NCBI GenBank assembly: GCA_964016885.1
Contig: OZ024744.1
Location: 61,008,001 to 61,072,000, forward strand
Direction: 5' to 3'
From: Eledone cirrhosa
Lineage: Eukaryota
Length of the DNA: 64,000 nt
The notes beneath the pieces are model-generated. The model had not been told where the DNA came from, searched no databases, and saw nothing but the letters and a program-made list of their open reading frames with translations. Positions 48,601 through 62,199 of this stretch are shown here, piece by piece. The translations under genes and the position numbers were made by a program. Each line of letters starts with the position of its first letter. The first letter of the stretch is position 1.

Positions 48601-49980
48601 ACATATATATATATGAAAATTTTACAAGTCAAAATAATCGCCATCATTTGTGATTTCCTTCTGCCATCGTTTAGAAAGACACATGATTCCATCCCTGTAG
48701 AATTATTCTGGCATCGATCCAAAGAATTCCGTCAGCCACAGATTTTGCTGGTCTATTGGCAAAGGTCTTTGACTGCATTGCATTGTTCATTGAGAGAAAA
48801 CGGTGCTAGTCTGTAGGTACAAAGTTGGACAACTATGGCAGGTGGGGCAGAACCTCCCAACCTAGCTCCAGCAGCTTCTTACAGGCCATCTTTGATATAT
48901 GCGGCCGAGTATTATCATGAAGGAATCAAACAGGACCATGGTGTGGGCCCACCTGTGTGATTTTTACTGTTAATCTGTCAAGATGTTGTAATAGACACCA
49001 AAAGTTATGCTGGTGTTCAGTGGGAGCAGCTCATGGTGGATGATACCTTTCCAGTCCATCAGATGCTCAGTAGGGTCTTGTGAGGGTGGAGGCCAGACTT
49101 TGCTTGCCATTGGTGTGCATTCTATTTATCAACCCAAGCTCACTTGCACTTGACATTAATGTAAGACACCATTTTTCATCATTAGTGACAATGGAATGTA
49201 ACTAGTTGGTTGTGTGATGGTAGGAGAGCAGAGAAGTTGCAGCTGCTGCCTGACATTCATGATTATGGTCAGCTAGATTGTGGGGCACCCATTGGTCCAG
49301 TTTGTAGACCTTCCCTATTGCATGCAAGTGATTGAGGATGGTTGTTTTCTATGTCTTAACCCGTTAGTATTTGTATTACTCTATAAATACTATTGTATTT
49401 TCATGGTAAAGGATTTATCTCACATAATATCGAATCTATGAGATTTTGACATTATTTATTTTGAGAACAATACCTTAACATCGGTATAAGCATCTGGTTA
49501 TGGCCAGTTTGAACAGAAAGAGGTGAGAGAATTCTGGCTGGATATGTCCAGTTTAAATGCTAAAGGGTTAAGCAACAGAAGAGTTGACGTGATGTCTGGC
49601 TTTCACTAGCTCATGCAGTTGCTTGTCATTAAAGTTGGATGGATGTCCTGCATGACGTCAATCTTCAAGGCTTTAATCACTGGAATGGAAGCATGTGAAT
49701 CAGTCTCTGGCACTGCGTTCAGGCATGGTGTGTGATCCAAATATATTGTTATTGCAACAATTCGATGCTAATGAAGTTAGGCCAAATTTGAAGTCATAAA
49801 TTAAACAGCTACAAATAAACAATTTGGATAGATCCATGCTGCTTCCACTTTGATAGCATAATAGTAAATGAGAAATGCACACAGTGCATACCAACATCAC
49901 TTCTTATATATGTGCACAACTGTCAACATTTCCAAAATACCTCCTATTGAAAAACTGCGGGAACTTTCTGTCCAACCCAA
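48600..49980 (-). mobile_element. Mariner element remnant with one intact TIR, interrupted by a MITE
   Basis: TA|TTGGGTTGGACAGAAAGTTCCCGCAGTTTTT terminus at 49980; MDLSKLFICSCLIYDFK; FLHDNTRPH. Confidence 0.9.
49360..49567. mobile_element. piggyBac-type MITE nested in the mariner element
   Basis: TTAA|CCCGTTAG...AAATGCTAAAGGG|TTAA; absent from the homologous mariner site at ~10945. Confidence 0.88.
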
Positions 49981-50283
49981 TATATATATATATATAGTTC
50001 AAGGAGTCAACAAACAGAGGTACAAAATGTCTTATTAGTTTCACGCTTTATATTGGAAAGAGGAAAGAAAGTGCAACATGCCGGGCTTAAGCCCTTCTTC
50101 AGGAGTACAAGATAGAGACAGGATCACAAAGGAGAAACAGTAAAAAAGGTCTGAAGTATAGACAAAAAAAATCTGAAATCAAGAGTGAAAACAAGAAACA
50201 AGGCAACCGTTAGGTAGTCTTGTTAATGAGTAGGAATGCAAAGTGATGTGCATGTGTATTAGTGTCATTATATGTGTGAGTGT

Positions 50284-50392
50284 CAATTCCCGCCGAGGTT
50301 GACTTTGCCTTTCATCCTTACGGGGTCGATAAAATAAAGTACCAGTAATGCACTGGTAATTGCTGGCCTTGTGCCTAAAGTAGAAACAATTA
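50284..50392 (+). mobile_element. 5'-truncated SINE family A
   Basis: cccgccgaggttgactttgcctttcatccttacggggtcgat...aaacaattat. Confidence 0.85.
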
Positions 50393-51204
50393 TATGTGTG
50401 AGTGTATATATATATATATATATAAATATATATATATATTGTTATATTTGGGGAGGGTCATATTTGCGTAATATTGCCAGAATTAATAACAGAACACACT
50501 CACTGTTTGGTTGGTTTTCGCTTCTCGCTGTCTTTTATATCTGCGATCTAATTTACTTGGTTCTCAATGTTGCCATTGACTGACCGGCGGTCAAAAATAA
50601 TACAGATACAATATAGACACAAACACATATATATAGTTTACATAATTTACATAAATCTTTCGTTGCACATCTGCAACATCGTCAGTGGTGTTATATTCAT
50701 TGTTCCTCCTGTTGTGTTGTATGTCTACGCCATTTTTTTTTTGTTCAGTCTGTCTATATATTTATTTATTTATTTGCTTGTTTGTTTATCTTATTTTATT
50801 TTGTCTTCATTGCGCATGCGTTTGCGTGTGTGTGTATAGTGTGATGTGTGACTAGTGTGTATAGTGTTGTGTCTGCTGGGTGACTAGTGTGTGTTTATGT
50901 GCTTGTGTATGTATTTATTTATCTTATTTTATTTAATTTTATTTATTTATTTATTTATTTACTTATTTATACTTCTCTTAGGTCAGTGTTGTTTGTTTGG
51001 GTGTTGTTGTTGTTCCACTCATTCTTTCTGTTTAGCTTTGGTCTTCTAATTTCTATTTCACTGGCCTCTCTGATTTGCCTATCTGCTGGGTCATTCCTAT
51101 GTTTAGATATTATTCTAATTTCTATGTTGTCTATGTTACCGTCATGTTGTTGTCTAGCATGTTCGTATAGTACTGACCCGTTTTTTCGTCCTTTTAGTTC
51201 CCCC

Positions 51205-52135
51205 CATCATCATTGCAAGGGTGGGACGGGTCTTATTCAGCACAGCATCTCTCCACTTGTCACGCTCCTTCGTCATCTCTACCGTGAGCTTCAATGATCT
51301 GAGGTCTGCTCCCACCACCTCCGGCCATGTTTTTCGTGGTCTACATCTACCACGTCTTCCTTCAACTGGCATTTCCTGGCACTTCTTCACCCATCAGTCA
51401 TCCTCCATGCACATCACATGTCCATACCACCTCAGTCTCCTCTCTTGCATTCTATCCCTCTCAGACACAGTTTCTCTCTTAACACATTCATGCTGGGTTG
51501 TTCATGCACATTGACATTGCACATCCAACATAGCATGCTTGCCTCATTTCTCTCCAGCCGTCACATATCCTCTGCAGTTGCTGCCCATGTCTCACTACCA
51601 TGCAGCATCGTGCTCCTCACACAGGCATCATATAACCGGCCTTTCGTACGCAGGGAGAAACCCTTCTTCGTCAGCAGAGGAAGCAGCTCCCTAAACTTCT
51701 TCCAACCCGTCCTTATTCTAGGTACTATGGCCTTGGAACAACCCCCTCCTCCCATGCTAATCTGATCTCCTAGGTACTATGGCCTCGGAACACCCCCCTC
51801 CTCCCATGCTAATCTGATCTCCTAGGTACTGGAAGCTATCAACCACTTCTATAGCACATGCCTGCATTTGAAAAATGTGTCTATCAATGCGACTTCTGCT
51901 GTCTAATTTCCCTGTACATCTACTGCATACGTATTTCTCCCTACCTGTTAGTTTGCCTGCTATCCCACTACATCTCTTGTGTACCCAGGATCTGCATTGT
52001 GTACATTTTATAGAATTTATGCTATCTCCTTTTCTACATATCGAACATGGCCATTTCCCTGATGGAATCAGAGTTTTGTCCTCTTTTCTACTCATCAACA
52101 CTTTTGTCTTAGCTAGGTTCACTGTCAGTCCTCAG
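51205..52135 (-). mobile_element. RTE 3' fragment (same subfamily as 45066-48600) with a ~52-bp tandem duplication
   Basis: GKWPCSICRK..., GGGGCS..IVPR duplicated at ~51718-51830, LNKTRPT end. Confidence 0.9.
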
Positions 52136-52779
52136 TATATATATGCACACATTCACATATACATATAATGAAAACACTTGAACCTAGTAATAACCACTTG
52201 AGTATGGATTTTCCACCCTATATCTCTCTCTGACACACAGTCTATTGCTACCTTCAGACAATATAAACAACAGTATCTATCTATCTACCTATCTATCTGT
52301 CTGTTTTTCTAGCTGTCTGTGTGTTTCTCTCTTTCTCTCACACCCCACTCTCTCTATCTACCTATGTATCTATCTATCTGTCTGTTTATCAATCCTGTCT
52401 TTATCAATCTATCTGCCTAACTGTCTATTTATTTACCTACCTATCAGTCTACCTACCTATCCATCCATCTATGTATAGCTATCTATGTGTCTATATTTGC
52501 CAATATCTATTTTTAGACAAGAAGAACAAAAGGAACAACAACAAAACATTGAATTCTAATAGCAGCCTGAGGATAAGTAGATAGATAGATAGAAAGAACA
52601 AAACCGTTGTAATTCAGTGGATATATGTTTGATAATTTTATTAAAGAAAACATGAAAGAAAAATACTGTAATTGATTTAAATGAATAAAAAAAAGAAATA
52701 CGATGATGGCCAGGATGATAAAAGGGGAACATCCAGGAAAACTTTAGTATTCAAGCATCTTGTATTCAAGGAATTCATT

Positions 52780-54660
52780 ATTACCATCATCATCATCATC
52801 ATTAATTTTACGTCCAATTTTACGTTCGCTAAGTTTACTCACATACCTTTTGATTCTAAATTCTGTTTACATAATTGGAACTTATTACCTAGTTCTTTTA
52901 TGGTTTCAGCTAAAAGGACCAAATCATCAACATAGAGAAGTTTCTACGGACAGACCATTTTAAATTCTTCATGTCCTGAAGAACTATTATGAACAGCAAT
53001 GGGCTAAGAACTGAACCTTGTTGAACTCCTACCTGTACCTTGAAATCCTCACTAAACTCACTTTATATTCTCACTTTACTTACAGCTCTTTTGTACATAG
53101 CTTGCACTGCTCTCAGGACCACCCTTGACAGAGGTACTCTGTCAAAGGGCTTCTCTAGATCAACAAAAGTTAAACATAGTGGCTTATTCTTGGCTAGAAA
53201 CTTCTCTTGCAGTTGCCTCACTAAGAAGAGGGCATCTGTAGTACTTTTCCCAAGCATGAAACCAAACTGCATCTCCTCTATTTCTATTTAACTGTGCTAT
53301 GAGTTTTTCCTTCACATTCATAACTAGGTCCTTTTGTTTTATTCCTCTATAGTTACTCTTTTCTAGTGCATCACCTTTGCCCTTGTAACAATTTATGATT
53401 GTACTGCTGCACCAGTCATTGGGTATGAGTCAGTCTTGCATTATTTGATTGATTATGCTGGTTACTAGTTTGACTCCTACCTCACCCAATACTATCTCTG
53501 ATGGTCCCGCAGCTTTGTCATTCTTCATCTCCTTAATTGCTTCTTTGGCCCTAACATTATCAACTTCAATAGGTGGTCCTTCCTTTGGGTAAGATGGTGG
53601 TAGTTTCTCTTCCTCCCATTCATTCTCTACATTCATCAATCTCCCATAGTAACATTTCCAGGCCTCTTTCTTTTGAGCATCAGTGGTGCTAAGTGCACCA
53701 GCGTAATTTCTAACTCATTTTCCCCCAACAAAATCTTGATTTACACTGTCTTGCAATATGGAAAACTTCATGTCTCAGATCCTCATGTCTCAAGACATTG
53801 GCAAATTTACTTTCTTCGGCCTCTCTCTGAGCTGTGTATACCTGTTGTCTAGCTTATTTCTGAGCTACCTGCTACCAGTCTCTGCTATCCTCCTTTTTAC
53901 AGTCTTTCCATGCCTGGCTTTTGTCTTTAATGGCTCTATTGACTGTGTTGTTCCACAACTAGCTCACCCTCTGTCTGGCTGGCACTTTACTTCAGTTGCA
54001 AGTCTTGTCAGTAGTTTGCGAATGGTTGTCACATAAAAATTTCCAGTTATCCTCTAGGTTATATGTATCTAGTTCGTCACCCCTCTCATCAACTGCATCC
54101 TGTAAGGCATTTCTAAAACTATAATTAACCGAGGGGTCCTTTAGATCCACACCTTCCATCTCTATATTATCCTGCATGTCTTTTACTGTCTTGTGTTTAT
54201 TTTGATGTCACTAATAACTAACGTGTGCTGGGTGGTGCATTCTTCACTAGGGATGGCCTTAGTATTTATTACAATCCATTTATCTCTTTATCTTACAAGT
54301 AAAAAATCAATCTGGCTTGTATGTTTGCCTGATTGATACAAGATGAGATGGTTAGTGGGTTTCAGGAAAGTTGTTTTGCAAATGGTTTGTCCATTTGCAT
54401 CACAGAATTCCAGGAGCCTCAATTCCTCTTCTTCCCTTGAACCATAGTCATAGCCACGGTGAACTCCACTGAATTCATTGTGAAGCTGTCCCACATGTCT
54501 AGTGAAATGCCAAGATGAAGAATTCTCTTTCATCAATACCTGAAGTTGTCTGTAAAAGTTCCTCATAGAACCTGTTCTTTTGTTCTTTACTCGGTCCTGT
54601 AGAGCATAGGTAGATGTAATTATCACCAGTCTATTTCCTACATCTATTCTAAGCTTGATT
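52780..54660 (-). mobile_element. RTE fragment (APE to RT), degenerate
   Basis: RLLEFCDANGQTIC; MQFGFMLGKSTTDALFLVRQLQEK; FVDLEKPFDRVP. Confidence 0.88.
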
Positions 54661-56249
54661 ATATTAAATATCTTCTACTATAAACCCCATTGTTTTCCCG
54701 GGTACTATACTAATACACACACACACACACATTTTGGTTTAGAAGATTATTGATAATCTAGGCATACACCACAGTCAGCGTTTGATACAGATGACTGATT
54801 TGTGGTATAGAATAAAAAGACTACACCTCCCAAGATAATACAAATATATTTCATTAGTTCTCTAAATCCAGGCAAACACTTATCCATTGAATTAGAGCGT
54901 GTATCTGCTTAATAGGTTACAGTCATTTCAGTAATAGTCCTGCTCACAACTGATATTGTCATGTGAATATTATACACCAATAACTGCAGAACTAGCGGAG
55001 AATTTTTATTACATACATAAAGGACATTAAATAACATACAAAACAAATATATAGTATGAAAATAAATAAGTATACATGACAGATAAAAATTAAAATATCC
55101 CTCAATCACAATACATCACAAATATTGAGCACACAACAGACACCAAACAATAATATGGGGGTTAATTCTACAGGTAATAAATCTAAAAGTGTAATTATAG
55201 AATCTCTAATGTAATGCCCTCTAAATAACAAGTACTTAACTGAGAATGTAATATATAAGCATGGTATCAACATACAATGAAGCATTTTACTAAATAGGAG
55301 TTGCAGCTCTGCCATTCAAAAGAAGATTTTACAATCACATACATTAATTTAGAAATATTAATTTAAAAAGACAACACATGTCACTAGTAGAATTCATAAG
55401 GAATTTCAAAATATGTATGTAAGGCAATTTACATTCAGTGAAAGCTGTAGGGATATTGAAACACACAATGGGACTCATCAATAAATGCAGCAAATTATTA
55501 TCTCACTGCCAACATAAATATTATCAATCATTTTGGAAAAGTTCAATCAAACACTAAGAATTAAAAAAAAAATTATCAGATCAGTGCAAAACCAACTGGC
55601 AGGAGACCCAAGGATAGGCCCTGAGTAAGGTGGTTGAATAACATCCATGAATTTAGCTAGTTTCACTTGGGGATCCAGTCTGATCAGTTATTATATATAT
55701 ATATATACACATATATAGGCGTATTTATATGTATGTATAACAAACTGCTAAATATACTGTGACATACTAAAGATAGATGACCCAGAACTTTTATTACTCT
55801 ATCAATCCTGTTAACCACTTTTGACATTTACATTCTTCTTTTTTTTTATATTTATTATCTTTATTCTTTACTACCCTTAACTGCTTCCTCTGACATTATC
55901 CATGTCTTTGTATTTTATATCTTTATACCCTTGTACACTTCTGATGTTCTCGTTCTCTATATTTTTTATTAGATACACATATATCAGCTGTGTGATAAAA
56001 ATAACATTACAAATAAAAAAATGAAGTCATACAATGATGGAAGTATGTAAAAGATAAAAACGAAATTAAGTAATGAGAAAAAGGGGAAGGGGTAAATAAG
56101 GGCAGATCTGGCTGTATGGGAAAGTAGAGGAAAAGGAGGGAAAAAGCAAGGACTCTTGGGCCACAGAAAAAAGGGGAAGGAGAGGGTGATGGGCTCTGGG
56201 CTCTGGGCCTACTGACTATTATGTATATCTGTTCTCTTCTCATCTGAAA

Positions 56250-56285
56250 TTTCCTGAAGAAAGACTTCTGTCCGAAACATTGAAA
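56250..56285 (+). ncRNA. Degenerate minimal hammerhead motif (PLE-type)
   Basis: TTTC CTGAAGA a AGAC ttct GTCC GAAA CA T T GAAA; single substitutions weaken stems II and III. Confidence 0.45.
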
Positions 56286-56946
56286 CCTCCACCACTTCCA
56301 CCAAGCATGAACCTAATATAACTGTAAAATTGCCTCCTGTGTTTGTTTGTTTCATTTATTAACTAAATATTATATCTAACTCTATTGCTGATGTCCATAC
56401 CCTCTTTCACCACCTCATTGTCTATTCTTTTCTTTTCTTGTCTCTCCAACTCTCTACTATCTCCTTTATTCCCCGAACCCCCCCCCTTCCAAAGAAGAAG
56501 TAGAGCATTTATTTGGCTGTTCGTTTTTATTTTTTATCCATCAGGTTGTATGGTTTGGTAGTTAATCTCATCTGGGGTATGTAACATTTTCTTAGTCCAA
56601 AGTGACAGACTGGTTCATAACATTCACACGATGCAATCAACTGTGAACAGGACTGTTACTAAAATGACCCTAACACAATAAACAGACATAACACTAAATG
56701 GTTTCTTGTTTTATTTTAATATTGTCACCATAATCATCATCTTGTGCATTTTGTGGAGATGAATAGATAGAGAGGGATGTGATGTAGTTGCATACTAGAT
56801 AAAGGAGATAGCTTCCTGTTAGTAATAGCACAAAAGAACCAAACGCTCACTGTCACTGACTCTGTCTCTCCCGCTCTCCCCATCTCTCACTATTGTGACC
56901 AATAGGGGCTAACATGCTGGCTGCCCTGTGGCTCCATCGGACAGAA

Positions 56947-59160
56947 TCATCATCATCATCACCATTTTACGTCCGTTCTTCCACGCTAGCATGGGTTAGA
57001 CGGGTTGTCCTGTTGTGGGCAGTGTCTGGTCGGCTGACCATGCCTTGCTCATACAGGAACTGATTTGGCTTGATTTCTACAGCTGGATGCCCTTCCTAAC
57101 ACCAACCTCATTTACAGTGAGTGCTGGGTGCTTTTCCGTGGCGCCTACACGTCCACTTTACAGTGTGGGCTGCGTGCTTTTTTGCCGGGGCACCTCCACG
57201 ACCACCTTGCGGTGGGGGATGTGGGGGCATATTGTCTATATGCTTCAGCTTCAGCTTGTAGCCATGGGAGGTCGGGTACTCTGTATTACAGCGTGACGCC
57301 AGAGGTCACGGTCGTGTGTCATCGCCTTTGAGAGGTGTAATTGGGTAAGGTCGGCTTTTATCACCTCATCCCAAGTCATCTTGGGTCTCCCCACTTCGCG
57401 GTTTCCATCAACTTCTAGTGCTCTGCACCTTTTTATGCAGCTGTCATCCTTCATACGCATCACATGTCCATACCAGCGCAACCGCCTCTCCTGCACACAG
57501 CATTTGATTCCTCTTATGCTCAGTCTCTCTCTCAATTCATTTATGCTTTGTCGTTGGCGTATATTACTATTACACATCCATCGGAGCATGCAGGCTTCGT
57601 TTCTCTCTAATCTACGTAAGTCTTCCACCTTCAGCACCCAGGTCTCACTACCATGCAACATCGCTGTTCGGATACACGCATCATACAGTCTGCCTTTCAT
57701 TCTGAGGGAGAAGCCTTTTGCAGCTAGCAGTGGCAGTAGCTCCCTGAACTTCTTCCATCCCGTTCTTACCCTAGTTATTGTACTTTCTGAACACCCACCT
57801 CCGCTGCTAATTCGGTCACCTAGGTAGCAGAAACTGTCTACTGTTTCTACAGGGCCCTCCCAGAGTTTGGTGGTACTTGTTTCCTGTGGCTGTTTGCTGC
57901 TTGCTGTCCCAGCACAGCTGCTGCATGTGAAGCCTACATTCTTAATTAAGCTTCCTGAGATCCCGCTACATCTCTTGTGTACCCACTTTTTGCATTTGGG
58001 GCAGAGAATGGAGTTCCTACCTACACATTTCCCTGAGGGGATCTGGGTTCTGTTTTCTCGTCTACTTACAAGAACCTTAGTCTTTGTCATGTTGACTTTG
58101 AGACCCTTTCTTTCTAGTCCCTGCTTCCAAGTTTGGAATTTATTTTCTAGTTCTACCATAGATTCAGCTATAAGTGCGAGGTCATCAGCATACAGGAGTT
58201 CCCATGGGCATCCGGTCTTAAACTCCTCCGTTATTGCCTGCAGGACTATGATGAACAGGAGGGGACTAAGAACAGAGCCCTGGTGGACCCCAACCTGTAC
58301 GCTAAATTCCTCGCTATACTCATTGCTAATCCTAACTTTGCTGACTGCTCCCCTATACATGGCTTGTACCGCTTTCACAAGCCATTCATCTACTCCTAGT
58401 TTTCTAAGAGCCCACCAGATTACAGCACGGGGAACTCTGTCAAAGGCTTTCTCAAGGTCGACAAATGCCAAGTAGAGTGGCTTACTTTTAGCTAGGTACT
58501 TTTCCTGTAGCTGCCTCACAAGGAAGAGGGCATCAGTGGTGCCTCTTCCTGGTACAAACCCAAATTGCATCTCGTCTATTTTCACCCGGTCCCTAATCAA
58601 CTGTGCTATAACTCTTTCTGTTACTTTCATGACCTGGTCCATCAGCTTTATACCTCTATAGTTTCCTCTATCTAGTGCATCACCTTTACCTTTGTAGCAG
58701 TTGACAATGATGCTACTGCACCAATCTTTTGGTATGACACCTTCTAGTATTACCTTGTTAACAATATGTGTGGTTATAGTGTGACCTACAGACCCAGATG
58801 CCTTCAGCATTTCGGCAGCTATACCCGATGGACCTGTTGCCTTCCCCATCTTCATATCTTTGATTGCCTTACTTACTATGCTGCTGCTGATTTGTACTGC
58901 TGGCCCCTCTATAGGGTCTACTTGGGGTAGGGTCTCTTCTTCCCATGCATTCTCCACATTTAGTAATCTATCATAATGACTCTTCCATGCATCTTTCTTC
59001 TCAGCACTTGTGAGGGCAAGCTCACCTTTATCATTCCGGATACACTTCTCTCCAATGATATCACAACTCTCTCTGACACACTGCCTCGCAATCTTGAACA
59101 CCTCCTGTTTCTGGTCCTCACGTTGCAAAACATGCTTGAATTTTCTATCCTCTGCTACAG
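56947..59160 (-). mobile_element. RTE-clade LINE, 5'-truncated, with an uninterrupted ~630-codon RT/C-terminal reading frame
   Basis: ORF 57251-59215 has all RT motifs including YADD. The first ~20 aa are flanking non-LINE sequence. 3'UTR module and (GAT)n tail present. Confidence 0.96.
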
Positions 59161-59690
59161 AATAGAGAAGGCATTTCCCTGGAGGATGGTGAGTGGGACA
59201 TGCTGGTAGAGCCATTCCAGCTTGTGGTACCAGTACAACTAAATTCCAACACTAAAGTGCTACAATATTTGACTGAGTCGGGAATAGTGATTGGGTGTGG
59301 CAGCGGGGGCCAGTAAGAGTGGTGGTTGGGCTGCCTGTTACTAGAGGGAAGGATAGGATGGCCTTAGGGTAAATGAGTGACACCTGGCAGTACTGTAGAG
59401 GAGTGGTGCATGGGCTACCATGCTAGCATGTTTTGGCTTGGAGGAGAGGAATTTAAGAATAAATTTGCCAGAGTAAATTTAATATATGTATGTATTTGTA
59501 TATATATCATCATCATCGTTTAATGCCTATCTTCTATGCTAGCATGGGTTAGACGAGAATTGTCCCACTTGAGCCAAGATTGATCAGGTGACCATGTCTC
59601 GTTCATATATATATGTCAACATGAATGGACCTGTTATTTTTATCTAAAGACATTTTTTTCCAATTCCAATCTATCTTATATCTCATTCTT

Positions 59691-59726
59691 TCTTCTGATG
59701 AAGGACTAGTGTCCAAAACGTTAAGA
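59691..59726 (+). ncRNA. Degenerate minimal hammerhead motif (PLE-type)
   Basis: TCTT CTGATGA a GGAC tagt GTCC aAAA CG T T AAGA; catalytic G12 changed to A. Downstream aagc..aacctaatata is shared with the 56250 copy. Confidence 0.5.
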
Positions 59727-59877
59727 CCCTCTTCCTGCTATTTCAAGCGTTAACCTAATATATTCCTTCCATATACTGTTCCGATTGTGTTGTTATTTCT
59801 GTTTACCTTTTACATACATATGTAGAAGATCACGCTATCTAGCGTCGACTGTGAAGGCAGTCGATTAACTGCCCTCA

Positions 59878-60235
59878 GTTCTGACGTCAGTAGCTGAAAC
59901 AATATTTATTAAACGATGATCGCCTCGGGCTGTATAGACGTGCTATCTCTTTGCAGTGATCCAAAGGATGACATCACACCATGCAGCAGTATATGACGAC
60001 TTAAATATACCCCAACCTAGGAGCACTAATGTATTTGTATATATTCTGTAATTGCTCCTATTAAAAATGTTTTTATAACATAAAATCGAGGTATGTTACT
60101 TCTTCCTTGTTTGACTATGTGCCAGTAACCAATAACCAATTAGACGGGATGACTGACGACCATCGCCCGCCTAAAGTGGTGACCCCGACGTGATCATCGT
60201 TTAATAAATATTGTTTCAGTTACTGACATCAGAAC
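59878..60235. repeat. 44-bp inverted repeat with 270-bp spacer, next to (TA)n
   Basis: 59878-59921 versus 60192-60235, 2 mismatches. Confidence 0.85.
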
Positions 60236-60269
60236 GTGACATATATATATATATGTATGTATGTGTTTG

Positions 60270-60320
<51 letters not shown>

Positions 60321-60729
60321 ATGTGTGTATGTATATCTATGTGTGTGTATATATATATATATGCATATACATTTTCTATATCTAATGGTATATGCTGTTT
60401 AGAAATAAACATTTAAAAGCCTTTAGCTATGAATTTTGGAAGGTAATGGCATTTAGAGAATTCCAGCAGTAGCAAGGAGCAGGGAAAGGGGGAACTACCA
60501 ATGATTGTTTCTGACTGATAGTCATCATCAAGGCAGTGCTACCCTTACCTCGATTTTGTGGGAATTAATTAAAACATTAGAAATATGGTAACAAAAAGGT
60601 TAAAGTGGTTGTCTTAGACCGTTTGATAACAAACTCTCTAAAACTACCTCTAGTTCTATAATACAAACATGTTGTTCATTTTAAAGTGTTTATATTTATC
60701 TTAAATATCCTCCTCCTCCTCCAAATCTA

Positions 60730-60900
60730 CAGTATCATAGCCACGGAACTTTGTTGATGAAACCCCAACTATATCTAGCTGGTAGCATCTAACCTCCGCC
60801 ACTAGTTTCTGCTCTTTACCTGTAAGAGTTGTGATGTTCCAGGTTCTAACTGTCAAGGTTTGGTCCCTTCTGGACGTTCTTTAGAGTCTCAGGATATGCA
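60730..60900 (-). mobile_element. APE N-terminus of a different RTE family
   Basis: LTVRTWNITTLTGKEQKLVAEVRCYQLDIVGVSSTKFRG. Confidence 0.75.
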
Positions 60901-62199
60901 CCCTTTGTGCGTCCATCCAACACCTCCCATGACAGGTTGCAGGCCAACGCCAGTTTTTGCAGCATGAAATGGCGTGTCCAGTCATTTGAGTGTAGTGAAG
61001 TTAAGTGAAGTGATTTTGAGTGAAGTCATTTTGAACAAAGTTAAAATTATGTGCATTTTGAGCGATGCTTATTAAGCGATGTCAGTTTGAGCGAACCTCA
61101 AACTGTTTTTTTAAAGATGCTTTGAGCAAAGTTGATAGAAATAATAATATAGTAGAAATCTAATTACACCTTTACAACGGTTAAATAAAAAATTTTAAAA
61201 AATCGATACATTATTTTATGGCAGAAAGAACTAAAAATTCACAACGTTTAAAATCGAAATAATTAATTCTAGAAAGAAAAATAATTCAAAAAGTAATGTT
61301 GTAGGCAAGGTGTCTAAGATAATCAATTATTTCTAAATTTTCTCTGCAGGTTCTCCTGAACAAATTCCAAAATATTTCGCTGAAATTACCGTTCGCTCTC
61401 AATGATTCACTCAAAATGAATGGAACCTGGAATGGAGACTGCAATTTTTTGCACAGACCCCTTACCTAATGCCTGAAAGCGTTCCTTGTTAACCCATGTG
61501 TAGGACAAAGCGGTATGGTTTTTCTTTGTTTTCCTTATCGTATTGCAGTTTCAGTGGTCTTATTTGCGCCAGTCACCAATCTGGTACTTTATCAAACCTG
61601 CAAAGGCTAGGCTATTTTAAAGGTGACTTCTACTCACCTCATCGTAGTTACATCACTGGGTTGTGAGAGTTTTCTTGCAAGTTACAAATGTCACCCATTG
61701 CTCCAGCTCCCCTAGCAGTTTACTGCTGTTGGTTCAGGGTTGATATTTGTCTGGCAGTTGCCTGCTTAGATCACAAATAGCTATTAAATCTGGTGGCCGT
61801 ATCGCTATCCACCACCTGCGACCTGTTCTCTAGTAGAACTGCTCTGCTCTTAAAACATTCTATCATAATTTTATGTAAGAATCTTTGTTAAGTTTTGTTC
61901 CAAACACCAACTTAATAGTGTTAATTAAGAAGTTGAATACCGTATATACTCGAATATAAGTCGGTTTGAATATAAGCCAAATTCTCATGAGAAAATATTT
62001 ACGAAATTTTAATATTTTGATGCTTAAAATGTTTTAAGTGTCATTTAGAGTATAGTTTTTGTTTCACAAATCCACTATGTAATGAATTTAAAAAAAATAA
62101 TTTTATCCGTTGTATAAAGTTTCAATGAAGAGGACACTATATAAGGATTCAGAGCAGGAAGAGACAGCAAGTGAGAGAGAGAGGAGAGGCAGAGCAATG

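Noticed and set aside
57381-58475. Long plus-strand ORFs opposite RTE copies (also at 22554, 23091, 45303, 45699)
   Set aside because: Antisense shadows of the RT reading frame.
57251-59215. 654-aa ORF as a host gene or active LINE
   Set aside because: It is RTE ORF sequence lacking the APE domain and 5'UTR; the N-terminal residues come from flanking DNA.
59878-59921. CTGACG..GAAAC inside the 44-bp inverted repeat as a hammerhead
   Set aside because: The core lacks the conserved A (CUGAYGU), and no credible stem I or III was found.
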